Shown here: in pieces, positions 1 to 13,136 of the stretch | Numbering within the stretch: position 1 is the stretch's first letter | Layout: the number at the start of each line of letters is the position of its first letter | NCBI GenBank assembly: GCA_040954595.2 | Contig: CM082594.2 | Coordinates: 2,837,319 to 2,901,318, forward strand | Reading direction: 5' to 3' | DNA: 64,000 bases | From: Balanoglossus misakiensis | Lineage: Eukaryota; Animalia; Hemichordata | Made by a program: the position numbers and the translations under genes | The notes under the pieces: generated by a model | What the model was told of the DNA's origin: nothing | Seen by the model: the letters and a program-made list of their open reading frames with translations, nothing else | Databases searched by the model: none

Positions 1-1140
1 TTGACATTTTCTTCATCTCGCAGGAGTCAGCAATTAGACATTTTTTTTCTGCTAGTGCAACTGTACATTTTGCAAGGGTTGATTATCACTGAACCAGATT
101 TTATCAAGTATGAGCTCAGTGACTATTTTTTTAGAGAATACACATCACTATTTAGTGATGCTTTCGGTCTTCATTAAAAGCTGATAGTGCTTTAGAAACA
201 ATGCTGGAGATTGTCAATGTAATTGTTTTCATTGGAACTTTTGTATTGTGTTGTCAGTATTTGAGATTATTCAATAAAATGTTCAAACATATTTGTTTTC
301 TAAAGGTCTGATACAAACATTTTTTTTCTTATAATAAGTATCTGGAAATCTTTCAACCTCTGAATTATCCTTACAACCTGCATTGTATATACATTTTATG
401 TTGTTGGTCCTGAAACACAGGCATCTGGAACAAATAAAGAACTTGCCTGTTATACATGATTCATACAATATTCTCTCCGCCATCTGAATCATCAACAGTA
501 TTGACGTCATTTTGATGTGGAAATTTAGTTTTGGAGCCGTACTATTTTGTGTTTAGTCTGTCTGCAGTGCCAGGCAATGAACAGATTCTGCATACACTCA
601 AAAACTTCTACAACCAACACCATTGTGGAGCAGCAATGTAAATACAGTTGCCTTTATTACAACATTCTATCCGTTATTGTAGTCATTTCCTCAATTTGAA
701 AATGGGGCACTTGCATGACGAACACATCCTGAAGAGCATGCGTAGTTGTGACTAAATACACATTTCAAACAGAGCCATTTCTTGGAAATCCATGAAATTG
801 TAATAATAGAGATAAGTATACTAGCATGTACTGCAGAAGACATTTATCTACTTAATATGTGTAACCCTGTCTGGTCAAGTGACACACACAAGTTGAACTT
901 GCGCCAGGTTTCAACTCAAGAAATGCATCCTGAAGATTCTGTAACATGATGGCTAGTCTTGCATCTCTGAAACATATTCTTTTAATGAAGTAATACTCTT
1001 TCGTGTAGTATCCCTTGATTGTTACTTTATTTAATCTGCCTTTAATAAAGTATGTTTTTAGGCCCTGAAGAGATTTTTGTGAAGTATTTTATCAACTGTC
1101 ATTCTTCTCCCTCCTGTGAATTACAAGTGTCTTTATTCAC
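1..1140 (-). pseudogene. Possible highly decayed DDE transposase (Sola-like)
   Basis: Ordered motif fragments across frames on the minus strand: FLELKP, RMCSSC, LFIAW, FVSDL, IWFSDNQPLQN; many stops and frameshifts. Confidence 0.3.
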
Positions 1141-1322
1141 GCTCCCCAGCATGCAACTTGTGAAAATTCTTCCGGAGCCAAAAAAAAAAGAATTGGTTTG
1201 ACAGTGATGCCTTGGAACCAGCGGCTAATAATGATTGAATAACTGTTATCTTGAACACCACACATTTTAATACATATGCAGATCATTAATGCTTTGAAAC
1301 GTCTGTACCCTGTTGAAAATGC

Positions 1323-1662
1323 AGGTTTTAAGCTACCTAAGTGAGTGATGAAAATCTCATATGGTCGACACAATTGCAAGATGGCCGATTTTTGCCATGT
1401 TTAAGAAATGGGAGTTCATAAGCTAATGATGGGTCATTCTGAAACTTTGTAACAGAAAAAATAACAAAATGTGAAAAAGTTTAATGAGTTTAATATGCTA
1501 ACTACAAAGACAGACATGTTGGACCAAAGGAAGTCATGAATTACAATGAACATATCAACTCCTCTATCTCTTACTACAGTGGGTTGTCGACTTTTAACCC
1601 AGAATGCAATGTGAATTGACCCCCTAGCGCAACGTGAAAACCTATTTAAGGCAGCCAGAATT
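1323..1662. mobile_element. Inverted, one-end-truncated copy of the 49452-49818 MITE
   Basis: Colinear reverse complement of 49452-49799. Confidence 0.8.
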
Positions 1663-2647
1663 CTTCTACATTGTCATTGCATTGACTCAATTTAACACAG
1701 CCCACTTTTGTAAGCCGTTCTCTTATTTAAGAATTTTCTTTCAATCTGCTGTACAACACACCCAGTGGAGATGGACAGGGCTTGGATGTTGCATCACAAT
1801 GAGAATAAACTTTTGTTGCACAAATTGTGTGTGTTGAGTAATTGTGTTTTCTTTGTTCAAAGTCAGAGTACCATCGAAAGGTCTGAAGTGTGTACATGTA
1901 ATGGTCTACGCTCAAGAACCTTGTTGGCATTAGTCTCGGTTACCCAGACTCCTCTGCTTCTTCCGTTGCCCTCCAGAAAGAGGGTCTGGGGAAATACTAT
2001 AGAAAAATCTCCGGGCAAAGATGGCCGACTCGGGTCGTGACATATAGGACAAACTACATTGTAATGGCCAAGTATGTTCAATGGCACAACAGTTCTGTAC
2101 AAAGCTTGACTTGTATTTTCCTGGCTGCCAACCCGTTGCTATGGTATTAATAATCAAGTCTCAAAAGATCTCACAATGAATAGAAAACTATCTATTTGAC
2201 ATTTCAATCAAAAGCCCTTCTAAAGCGATTGCATTCCAATATTTTCAAAACAACCTAGTCTCGAAATGATCATGAACCATAGGCAAGAAACATACAGGGT
2301 GAGAGATGAGCAGAGCTAGTTTCATCAACCTTATTATCAATGAAAGGAATCTTGACTTTATAAAAACAGTAGTGACAACATATATAGTATCATATTTTTA
2401 GGCCAGCATTGCATTACTTCATGAGGCTCGACAAAATACTTTCAATATACTCCTCATAAAATGAATGCTGTCAGAAACTTGATTAACATTGCATAGATGC
2501 AAAATTAATGTGTACAAGTCATGTTATGCAAATTATTACCGGTTGTATTGATTTTGTCTTTTACCAATGACCATGCGCAAATAAACACCAAAAAGTACAC
2601 CAAACACTGTCCTTTTATCTTGATTCTGTAGAATTGCCATAGAGCAT

Positions 2648-2830
2648 TTAAGGATGAGCACGCAGAACGTAAACTGTGCCGCACTTGTCCGCCTGTGTCT
2701 CTTTGGGAGACTTCCCATAGGATTACATTCAGATTGCTTGAAAACTCACTTCTACTATGATTGCCATTTTCATGAAATGTTACACATAGCTCTGTCAAAT
2801 AAAAAAATATTTGTTGTCACACAAACAATA
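2648..2830. repeat. Dispersed repeat fragment starting TTAAGG; relative at ~8214-8400
   Basis: Shared TTAAGGATG..GCAGAAC.TAAAC, CCCATAGGATTACATT, ACTTCTACTAT, TTACACATA. Confidence 0.6.
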
Positions 2831-3093
2831 TGCCAACAAGGTTTGTGAACACAATCAGTGTTTGACTCTATGCTTTCATTACGTGCATCATAATTTAATA
2901 TTACTAAAAAGTAGCTCTCTGATTGGTTGATCCTTGTACCCGGTATATCATCTTAAGCCTGTAGCCAGAATGTGCAGGGTCGGAGGCCAAGAACCACTGG
3001 CACACAAGAGAATCTTTTAGTGCATGGACCCCAAGAACTATGTAGTGGAGAGATATTTCTGGTCTTGTTCTCTTGTATGTTTACTGTGTACTG

Positions 3094-3221
3094 ACTGTAA
3101 AACGGGACATTTTTTGCAATATCAACAAAGGTGAATCTTTCACAACAATTAATTTTGTGGTTCTCTCATTTCATGAATTTCGCGAAAATTTATCATTCGC
3201 TAAAATTTCCCGTTTTACAGT
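3094..3221. mobile_element. Small MITE (Tc1/mariner-like ends)
   Basis: ACTGTAAAACGGGA / TCCCGTTTTACAGT terminal inverted repeats. Confidence 0.6.
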
Positions 3222-3772
3222 TTCACATATTTTTCAATAGTGAATAAAGGCCACTTTCCAACTCACTGGGTACCAAAGTGGATGCTTCAAGCAACAGTCA
3301 CCCCAAGTCGTAATTTCATCTGGTCAGCTCTCTGGTCCAGAATCAGAAGTCCAGTAATTATTTTGCAAGAATTGTAATAATTTATCCAAAACACAGATCC
3401 AACAATCATCACTCAAGGTAAGCAGATGACACATTCAAGTGTCAAACGGCTAATAAACCACTAAATTTTGTTGTGAATCAAATCCCAGGAATGATGTCAT
3501 TTAATATCCGACTTGCAGACGACATTTTTGGATACAATCATTTTTCTACGTGGACCTCTACGGGCGCAAACTCGCACATTTCTGACACTACTGTCTAGAC
3601 CCATTGCATCACAAATACATGCTTCCGATCCAACCTCTGAAAAGTGCTAAATGTTACACACTCTGATTGCAACCTGATGACACGGCGTGCGCGTGTGTGA
3701 ATGCAGCACAGAGACACATACATCCAACAAATTAATGTATGGAAACAAACAATGAAAGCACAAAGCTTTTGC

Positions 3773-3881
3773 TTAAAGGCCTTGCTCAACAGTAGGTCGA
3801 CATAAACAGTTATGTGCTAACACAAAGGATTTCTTATTTGCCTTCATTGTTCTGCCCTGGCATCGAGAAAATGGCCTTTAA
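3773..3881. mobile_element. Short TTAA-flanked MITE; second copy at ~54577-54698
   Basis: TTAA-AGGCC...GGCCT-TTAA; core GTGCTAACACAAAGGATTTCTTATTTGCCTTCATTGTTCTGCCCTGG is identical in both copies. Confidence 0.7.
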
Positions 3882-3944
3882 CACTTGGGGACAAATAATA
3901 ACCCCCAAACAGGACTGTCAAACTATGGAAAAGAACTTAGTCTA

Positions 3945-5707
3945 TTTTTAGGTCCCATTGGTATAGGCCTATATACCATGGGACCTTATGGGATGGGTTG
4001 CGTCTGTATGTATGTATGGATGGATGGATGTATGGATGTATGGATGTATGTCTGTATGTCCGTCCACATCAAAAACTTGAAAACCGCTGCGCGTATCACC
4101 TCAATATTTGGTGTGTAGGTGCAGGCAGGGCTGTAGATGGGAGTTTGTCCAAACGAAGTTGCCAGGCCCAAAAATATGCAAATTAGCTGGAAAAATGTGA
4201 AATTGATCAAAACTCTGTAAGTCAACAACTACTGGTCAGATTGCTTTGAAAATTGGTATGCATGTACCTTATGTCAACCTCACACTGACCTGTAAGTGTT
4301 GAGTTGATATCATGGATGTTTTATTTTTTATGAATTTTTTAGTCTTTTCATTAAATTTATACCTTTACTTATACCTCTATGGTTAAGCTATGTCCACGTC
4401 TTATTGTGGAATTCTGGTCTGTGCAATAGTCCTGTACAGTGACTGTCTATTGGTCAGTGAGCACAATGGGGCCAAAATAAAAGGCAAATTTTTGGGCTCA
4501 CCTGTAACACCTGCTTAACACATTAATTATGTGCATACCTAATTCCGGGCTAACTAATTGGGCTAGAAGTTTCGTTCTTGTGAGACATGGACCAGTATAG
4601 GGTCAAAATTTCTTGCCCAAATTTTGGGTGACCTCAGGTGACCTTTGACCTACTTTCCTATATCTCGGCATCCAGAGCAGGTACAGACTTGGCGTTTGGA
4701 GGGTTGGGACTAAAATTGAAAAGCCGAAATATGGGTCACCTGTGACACCTGCATATCTCATTTATTATGTGCATACCTAATTCCAGGCTAACCAATAGGG
4801 AAATAGGTTTGGTTTTTGTTGAACATGGACCAGTATAGGTCAAAATTTCTTGCCCAAATTTTGCATGACCTCAGGTGACCTTTGACCTACTTTTCCATAT
4901 CTTGGCATCCAGAGCAGGTACAGACTTGGCGTTTGGAGGGTTTGGGACTAAAATTGAAAAGCCAAAATTGAGGGTCACCTGTGACACCTGCATATCTCAT
5001 TAATTATGTGCATACCTAATTCCAGGCTAACCAATAAGGCTATAGGTTTGGTTTTTATTGAACATGGACCAGTATAAGGTCAAAATTTTTTGCCCAAATT
5101 TTGCATGACCTCAGGTGACCTTTGACCTACTTTCCTATATCTCGGCATCCAGAGCAGGTACAGACTTGGCGTTTGGAGGATTCGCACTAAAATTGAAAAG
5201 CCAAAATTGGGGGGTCACCTGTGACACCTGCATATCTCATTAATTATGTGCATACCTAATTCCAGGCTAACCAATAAGGCTATAGGTTTGGTTTTTGTTG
5301 AACATGGACCAGTATAGGGTCAAAATTTCTTGCCCAAATTTTGCATGACCTTAGGTGACCTTTGACCTACTTTACCATATCTTGGCATCCAGAGCAGGTA
5401 CAGACTTGGCGTTTGGAGGGTTGGCACTAAAATTGAAAAGCCAAAATTGGGGGTCACCTGTGACACCTGCAAATCTCATTAATTATGTGCATACCTTATT
5501 CCAGGGTAACCAATAAGGCTATAGGTTTGGTTTTTGTTGAACATGGACCAGTATAGGGTCAAAATTTCTTGCCCAAATGTTGCATGACCTCAGGTGACCT
5601 TTGACCTACTTTTCCATATCTTGGCATCCAGAGCAGATATGCTTATTGCTATGTTGCTATGTGCTATGTCCTCAAATGGGACCACAGTGTCCTTGACGCT
5701 ATTTTTT
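3945..5707 (+). mobile_element. Helentron-associated non-autonomous element (HINE/DINE-1-like) with internal tandem array
   Basis: T-rich 5' flank, subterminal GGTCCCAT (3951) with nearby inverted ATGGGACC (3978), (GTAT/GGAT)n microsatellite, tandem array, 3' subTIR ATGGGACC (5676), hairpin AGTGTC-CTT-GACGCT (5686-5700), then T-run. Confidence 0.8.
4493..5636. repeat. Tandem array, ~239-bp unit, ~4.8 copies
   Basis: CACCTGT(G/A)ACACCTGC recurs at 4499, 4737, 4976, 5216 and 5455. Confidence 0.95.
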
Positions 5708-6451
5708 CACTTTTCTTACATGAACCTCTCTGGACTCAAACACCATGTACCTAGATAACTAAATGCCCTATCCCACTTTTTTTAATGCTCATGAACGTGG
5801 TCTCAAAAACGTCAATAAATCATGAGTCATAGGCTCCACCTAGGTGAGCAAATCTAAAATGTGTTCACTGTAAGCTAGAGCTGACAAGAATAATTTAACA
5901 TTAGGGAAACTTTGATTTCAAAATTGAAAAAAAAATCCTTGTCAGCTTAGTATGCAACTATAGGTAGTGTCATATAAAATGTACACATGGTCATGTGACT
6001 TGCTGCATCCCATGTCCATCATGGTTGTATAGTATACGATCCTTGGGCAACTCCATACAGGTCATGACATCGGTTATTGACTATCCATGTTGTTACCATC
6101 AAATTTGATCTTGTACAAACAGTACAACATGCAATATAATTGGAGGTTATTACCCCCAACAAACAAACCAGAAAATCGCGTAAGTGCATCATCAATGAGA
6201 CAAGATCAGAGATTTCATCCAACATGTTTGAAGAAAATACATGTATATACATGATAAATTTTTTACATACAGTAGTCAGCTGGATGAGACGTACTTTGTC
6301 AATCCAACCTGGAAACCTGATCTCTGTCATTACCATTGTTATTTGATTAAAAAGACCATGAACACTGTGCCTTTGCTCTTTAAATAATTAATCAATTCTG
6401 GACAGCTGTTTACAATGTTATTTTGACCCTAGACTAGCAGATCAGTTCTGA

Positions 6452-6762
6452 TTATAACACACCATGCAGCGAACCCTCGATCGTGATTCGTCAATACGCC
6501 GTCACGTGACCTTAGTCATTTCGAACTGTTCCCTAGGGCATCAGTTCGATCGGTTTCTGCCCGGTACTGTTGCCTGGATGTGGTGTGTGTCGTGTTTGAT
6601 GTGTTATAAAACACATGATGACTGACATATTCGGGCAACAGTGAATTTTTGATGACCTCGGGACTGCCGGTCACACCAAAACAGTCTGTTTTAGTTGTGA
6701 CTAGCAGCGCCCTCAGTCATCAAAATACACTGTTGCCCGAATATGTCAGTCATCATGTGTAT
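6452..6762. mobile_element. Hairpin element with one-sided 150-bp palindrome (Crypton-like, tentative)
   Basis: ACACATGATGACTGACATATTCGGGCAACAGTG (6611) perfectly inverted ending at 6760; second short IR TATAACAC/GTGTTATA (6453/6601). Confidence 0.6.
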
Positions 6763-9643
6763 ACTGTCTCTCATGGTGACACAGCACTTGCAAAATTCGA
6801 AAGATGTGCGGCTTTTGTTTCAAAATGAAAATCATTGAGTGAATCGTTAATGAGCAATACTAAAATGTGACCAACAAAGATTTTCTTGATCAACCCATGT
6901 TTGCTTTGAAATGGTTCAATCGTGGAATTTTCTGTGCATGACCACACAGATGTACACTATTTTCTGGTAGTAGTACATGTATGTATTAAAACTGATGGAT
7001 TGCTTGAGTTGATCGGTGAAATATTTTCTGTTTGAGGGGAAACATATGATAGATGTGAAATGGCACATAATTGCCACATTGTTTCCAGAAGTATGTTTGG
7101 TCAAAAGACAACACAGCAGTACCATCACCTGCCTTTGAAGTACAAAAACTCATGCAAGGCTGTAGGAAAACAAAAGAACATGATTTTCTCCAACTGCTTG
7201 TATACTGTTATTGATGAATAATACATCCCTCACTCCAATAACCGTATTTTACCCCCCCCCCCCCCCCCATATAGCCATCGTCCACTCGCACAGGTCGCTA
7301 GCTCAACTGCAGTTTCACACTTTGTAATATAGCTGCCTCAAAAAAGACCTTGGCAGGCAAGAGATGCCACATTCCTAGTATTCCTGGCAGCTCTCGGGGG
7401 TTGGGAAGGAGGGGGGAGGGGCAATGAAGGGAGTAATACCTGTTAAATGCCATTGTAACGTTTTTGATGTGAATTAATAAAAAAAGATGGCTGATGTAAT
7501 CATGTATTCATGCATAGTGTAGTCACGAATTTCTCATGTGATTCGCTTCTCGTAAGACATGTACGGTCACTTTGTGCGCACAAAACACACTAATTATACC
7601 GCACTCACCATTGTGGATAGCAGAGCTATAAAAGTGGGACTGTACTGGTAACCATACATTTATGTCCAAGGCTTGGACACTGGACTAGGATCAAATCTCT
7701 TCACACTGTGTTTTTTTACCTGTTGCACAGGCGAATTAGCTAGGCGTTCTTTTCTGGGAAACAAACAAACAAAGAAATAAATAAAAAATAAAGAAACAAC
7801 AACCACGGTCAAGCAGCCAACTGTAGCATAGACTGGCCATGACAGCAACAGAAGATCCTAGTAGGTCGTGGTTCCTGATATGTTCACCCTAGTGCTTTCA
7901 AATATTACTGTAAAACCTGTATAAACCGAACCCTGTCTAATCTGAAAACCTGTCTATACCGAACACATTTTCCTGTCCCTTTGACATAGAACCACATATT
8001 AATTAAAAGACCCTTTCTTACTGGACACCTTTGCAAACTGAACAATTTCTTCATTCCCTTTGGATGTTTAGTTTAGTTGAGATTGAATTGCAAGTTTCAG
8101 GTGTTTTCTTCTATAGAATTATGCTGGATTGAAATCATTATGATATAAACATTGTTATATTCTGGATGTGTTTTTCTTTCAACATTTTCTTCTCAAAAAG
8201 ATGCTTTCTTAACTTAAGGATGCACGCGCAGAACATAAACCGGAAAACTGCGCACACTCGTCTTTCCCCCATAGGATTACATTGAGAATTGCTAGAAAAC
8301 ATACTTCTACTATTGTCATTTTCACGAAATTTTACACATACCCCAGTCAAGTAAAAGTAAAGTCATTGGTCAAATAAATTGTGTGGTCACCACACTCTAT
8401 TTTGAGATAAACTTCGCTAAATATTTTGCCCATACGCAAACCATTGGTGAAAAATGCTGAGTCAGCAGTTTTCTTCTACAATCGACTAAATTCATGGCTC
8501 TGTATTTCAAAAACAAGAACGGTGATCCCTATATTTTATCACGGATTTTCATTATACATACACAGGATAATTCAAAAATCCACAATTAAAAGAAATGACA
8601 ACACTTTCAATTTTACTGAACGTCCATCCTTTGACCATGGGAAATCCCTGCTGAAGAAGTGAATCCCCTACTCAATTGATTTTATATTTCCCCTACAGGT
8701 TGGTTGCACTGGAGGAGAATGCTGTCCATTGAGCTGATGCAGCGAAAACTGACTCCTATATGACTGCATTGGTAAAGTACAATTCATTCTTTTTGAAGTA
8801 CTTTGAATAGCTACTATCTGTGACACGTGGCTGGTTTTTCAATACATATTTTGTTTTGTTTGTTATGTACGTTTTCTTGTTACCCTCCCTACAGAGTTTC
8901 ATCATGTTTTCTACTGATAATTGTTATTGTTTACAAAATTAAGTCTAGACTAAAATACAATGTTTAAACGATAACATTGCTGTTTGTCCACACATGGGTA
9001 TGTTGGGAAGATAGACACTACGCATTTAACACTGTCTCAGGCAGCTGAACAAGACATCATGGTCGCCACATAGTGTAAAAAAAATGAAAAAAATTGCTGA
9101 AAGTTACAGATAGTGTACCTGTGTATTCTCTCATGGGGGAACTGTAGTCACCCAAAGGTGCATTCACATTGAAACCATGATTGTTTTCAGAATTAATTAA
9201 TGCCTGTAGTATCCTGAACACTGTTGGCCTTTGACCCGAGTTTACCCAGAGTTCAGTCTGCTATTGTTGCTGCCCTTCCTTGGCAGACATCTTGTGTTCA
9301 TTATCATTGTGTGTATCATAGGTTTATATTATTCGCTGTGTTTGCTGGATACAAGGTGCCAATTTGGAAAGCTGTTAGTTTTCACCACCAAGACTGCTTC
9401 TCGGTGGGGGACTAGAGTTTACTCTATGGTGGGTTCGATTCCTACAGCAGTCGGAGAAATCGACAGTAGTCTTTCTTGACATCGCCAGTATATAAAATAG
9501 TTCTGATATCCAGTGGTCTATGTGCTGAATTCTTAGGGTTTCAGATATTATAATTCACAGTGAGTTTACATGTACAGCTATTTTATATGACAACTTTCAG
9601 ACCTACACCAAAATTGAATTTTGTAATCTAGCTTTTGTGTATC

Positions 9644-9900
9644 AATTCTGGCTGCCTTAAATAGGTTTTCACTTTGCGCTAAGGGGTCAAATCACATTGC
9701 ATTCTGGGCGAAAAGTCGACCACCCACTGTAGTAAGAGATAGAAGAAATGATATGTTTACTGTATTTCATGACTTCCTTTGGTCAAACATTTCTGGCTTT
9801 GTAGTTACCATATTAAACTCCTTAAACTTTTTTCACATTTGTTATTTATTCTGTTAAAAAGTTTCAGAATGACCCATCATCACTTTAGCTTATGAACTCC
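9644..9900. mobile_element. Truncated copy of the 49452-49818 MITE
   Basis: Colinear with 49452-49711. Confidence 0.8.
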
Positions 9901-10229
9901 TGGAAAAATATTTAAATTTTATAACAATTGATGTTTTTTAAAGCACACATACACACACTAGATGAATGGGGGCAATGGGCAACCATTTTAATGAACTGAA
10001 GAAGAAGAAATTGTACATTGGAGTACAAGGCTGCCCTAAGGTCACAAAGTGATTAAAGAGTAAAAAGTACATGACATTTTGGTCTCTTGCAAGACTATAT
10101 AAGTAACATCCGTTGATGAGCGCGGCAGTACAGCCGTATCAATTGCGCATGCGCAGTAATACAAAAAAACATAAGACGTAGGGCTGGTACCAGCGAGGGC
10201 GCTGTCTATACCGAGCTACTAAAACACTT

Positions 10230-10400
10230 TTAAGATAAATTCTAAAGAGGCGTTAAAAGAGTATTATGTAGATTTCGAGTATCCAATCACAGTTTGTTGA
10301 TATTGAAAATGGACGAATAGAGATGATTCCTCGGATGAATAGACTTTGTACTTTTTGTAACTTGAAACAAATTGAAACCGAGTTCCATTTCTTTGCCATG
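10230..10400 (+). mobile_element. Degraded LINE 3' fragment related to 14257-14667
   Basis: FRVSNHSLLI...RLCTFCNLKQIETEFHF with frameshifts. Confidence 0.6.
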
Positions 10401-10777
10401 TAATTCAGTTATTTGTATACTTAAAAAATTATGCTGGTTGATGGTAATGAATATAAATGTATCATCCCATTGCTATCTGCCATGACGTGTTTTCTAAAAA
10501 AACGCATTTGATAAGAAATGTGGGTATTTATGAAATAAATACAATGTCACCGGCAATTGTGAAACACATGCATATCGTTACAGGTTATAGCTTACCGGTG
10601 GTTATATAATGTCTCCTTGACTAAATTAGTCAATGTGACTTCAACATATATTGGCAATCTACGTGGTTGAGACAGTTTCTTAAAGCCCCATGAGCTGCAG
10701 CTTTTGAGACATGACCACGATATTTATTTTCAAACTGTCTAATATTCGCCCATACAGATGTATGCACATAAGCCTAA

Positions 10778-11350
10778 GGGACCGTTCAGTTTTTACGGCC
10801 GGGGGGGGGGGGCGGCAAGTTTGTGTCATTGGTTTTCAAAATCAGGCCGACCCCCTCCCCTTCACCCAGAACCAAAAAATGATGACCCCCCTTTGACAGA
10901 CCCAAAAATATGATGACCCCCCCCCCACGCCGAAAACATTCGCCGTCCTGATCCTATGTACACTGTATGCAATAAAGGGTATGAGGCTCCTCACACCTCA
11001 ATTATATATTTCTTAAAGTATTATTGAAGTATATAATAGTATATCGTTGCAATAAAAAAATCTATGAACAAATTAAAATGACAAGTCAATACAATACAAT
11101 AGTTGGTAGGATTGGTAAAACAAGAAAAGTGGCGGGGTGGGTGTGGGAGGGGGTTAGACAATTTTGTAAAATAAAGGGCGCGAAACTGCAATTTTGTGGA
11201 CTCAAAAGCAAAAGTTCGGTGGCAAAAGTATGTGACCCCCCCCCCTAAACGTTTAAAAAAAACAGATGACCCCCCCTTTTGGACTTCAAAATTTAAGTGA
11301 CCCCCCCCCCTGGATTTTGCCGCCCCCGGCTGTAAAAACTGAACGGTCCC
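10778..11350. mobile_element. Second PIF/Harbinger-type MITE family
   Basis: TIR GGGACCGTTCAGTTTTTAC / GTAAAAACTGAACGGTCCC, TAA duplication (10775-10777, 11351-11353); sits in a repeat whose uninterrupted relative is 19945-20467. Confidence 0.88.
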
Positions 11351-12174
11351 TAAGTGCATATGCAAGTTTTAACCAGATACATAATAAAGCTTTGTCGCAA
11401 CGGAATATGGCCGCCACCGTTGGAAAAAGCGAAATAAAAAGAAACCGTTGCATTTCCCACTTTGCAACTCCATAAACAAAGCATTATCTCATCCACTAGA
11501 ACACATGGAAGTAAATCTACTCCACTGAGACATAGAAATTTTATTTTTCATCGCAATATGTGCTAGTAACATCAACCGCGACGATCTTCTTAAATATAAA
11601 GAAAAACGTGAAAACAACAGAGTCCCACTTGTAGTTACCTACAACCCACAACTCAGAAGCCTTCAGAGAATTATCAATAATCTCCAACCCATTATACAAG
11701 ATGACGTCATACTACGGGAAGCCATCGCTGAAAAACCCATCATCGCCTATAGACAGCCCCCCAATCTAAAACAACAGATTGTCAGCAGCGAATTACATAC
11801 CGCCAACCAAACGCACTGTAACAATGTCATAAATCAAGGTGCAAACTGTTCCCCCACATCACGGCCACCGTCATAAAAGGACCCAATGATAACACCTACA
11901 GAATAATAGGATCTTTCACCTGTGACTCAACCAACCTCATTTATACAATCACCTGCAAACAATGCCCACAAGCTGTATATATGGGTCAAACTGGACAGTC
12001 ACTGCGGAAACGCGTAAACAACCACAGATTTGACATACAGAATGGTAATATACACAAACCCGTTAGTGAACATTTCAACAGACCAGGACATTCCATAACT
12101 GACTTTACCGTGACAGCCCTAAAAAGGCAAACTATAAAAACAACCGTGAACGTGAAGTAGATGAACTGAAATTA

Positions 12175-12851
12175 GATGAACTTTTCATGGCATTGCATGA
12201 AAAGTTGACCCACACCCTGACTAATACGTCTTGGCGGAAATGGTGCATAATCACCCCAAAATAGCACTTTTCTGAATGAGTTCACAGCTTAACAAATAGG
12301 TGTCAACAATGCAAATGGCCGTTTTTCTCAGTTTGCATTTTCGCTGCTCTTGACAACTTCAGACGAAAATAGCTTCGCTCTGCGTTGGCCGAATTTGCTC
12401 AAATTTTAACTGGGGATTGTGTATGACCCATCCAACAAAACGGTATTTTTGTTAGTCGATAAAGTGTCCCTGGCGGGAATAAACTCTGATTCAATACAAC
12501 TCACCGCGAATTTGATCAAATTTTACTAAAAATCTAACTTTCAAACGCTGTTACTCCTCAATGGAAGCAGATAACGCAAAACAAAATTACCGTTTTTTTG
12601 CACGTGTACTCTAGTTTCGAATGCATGGTCAACTTTTTTACCTATTTTAAATTTCATGACATAATATCAAAAAATGGGTTTTTTCACCCAAAATCGCCAC
12701 CATTTCCGGGGATCAATAATATTTCAACTCAAACAAAAGTTCAAAATCTCTGCTTCCAGAATATATATGGTTTATGGGGGTTTTAACTTTGTCTTTGATG
12801 AGAAATAGGCCTCTGAAAAAGTCTCGACGGTTTCATACAATGCCACCTTAA
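12175..12851. mobile_element. TTAA-targeting (Kolobok-like) non-autonomous element inserted in the Penelope ORF
   Basis: Right end TTTCATACAATGCCACCTTAA matches a damaged left end TGGCATTGCATGAAA; it interrupts Penelope at a TTAA (AAA TTA ATC). Confidence 0.6.
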
Positions 12852-13095
12852 TCGAACATTTTGACTGTGTGGATATGAGACTTAACCGGGACTATGGGTT
12901 TATGTCACACTACAAATAACTGTCAGTTTTTCTGCAGTCCACTACCCCATTTACAAATTTGCATTCCCATTTAACATTTCCATTGTTCAATTTTCACACC
13001 CAACCCTCATTTTGTTTTCTGATGCACCTGGTCTTGCACATATTTCCTACTTTGAATACCCCATGATTCTCTGTTCCTCTGTTCATTCCACGAGT

Positions 13096-13136
13096 GCATC
13101 TGAAGAAGGGGACTACATGTTCCCGAAAGCTCATGC
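13096..13136 (+). ncRNA. Minimal type I hammerhead ribozyme of the Penelope pseudo-LTR
   Basis: GCAT-CTGAAGA-A-GGGGAC(TACAT)GTTCCC-GAA-AGCT-C-ATGC: helix I GCAT/ATGC, core CUGANGA, helix II, GAAA, palindromic AGCT helix III, predicted cleavage after C13132. Confidence 0.75.

Noticed and set aside
4493-5636. Regularly spaced repeats as a CRISPR array (also 28429-29520)
   Set aside because: Whole units repeat with no unique spacers; eukaryotic context and no cas genes.
8699-8772. Exon-like segment with AG/GT borders
   Set aside because: Stops in the frames that look protein-like and no partner exons found.
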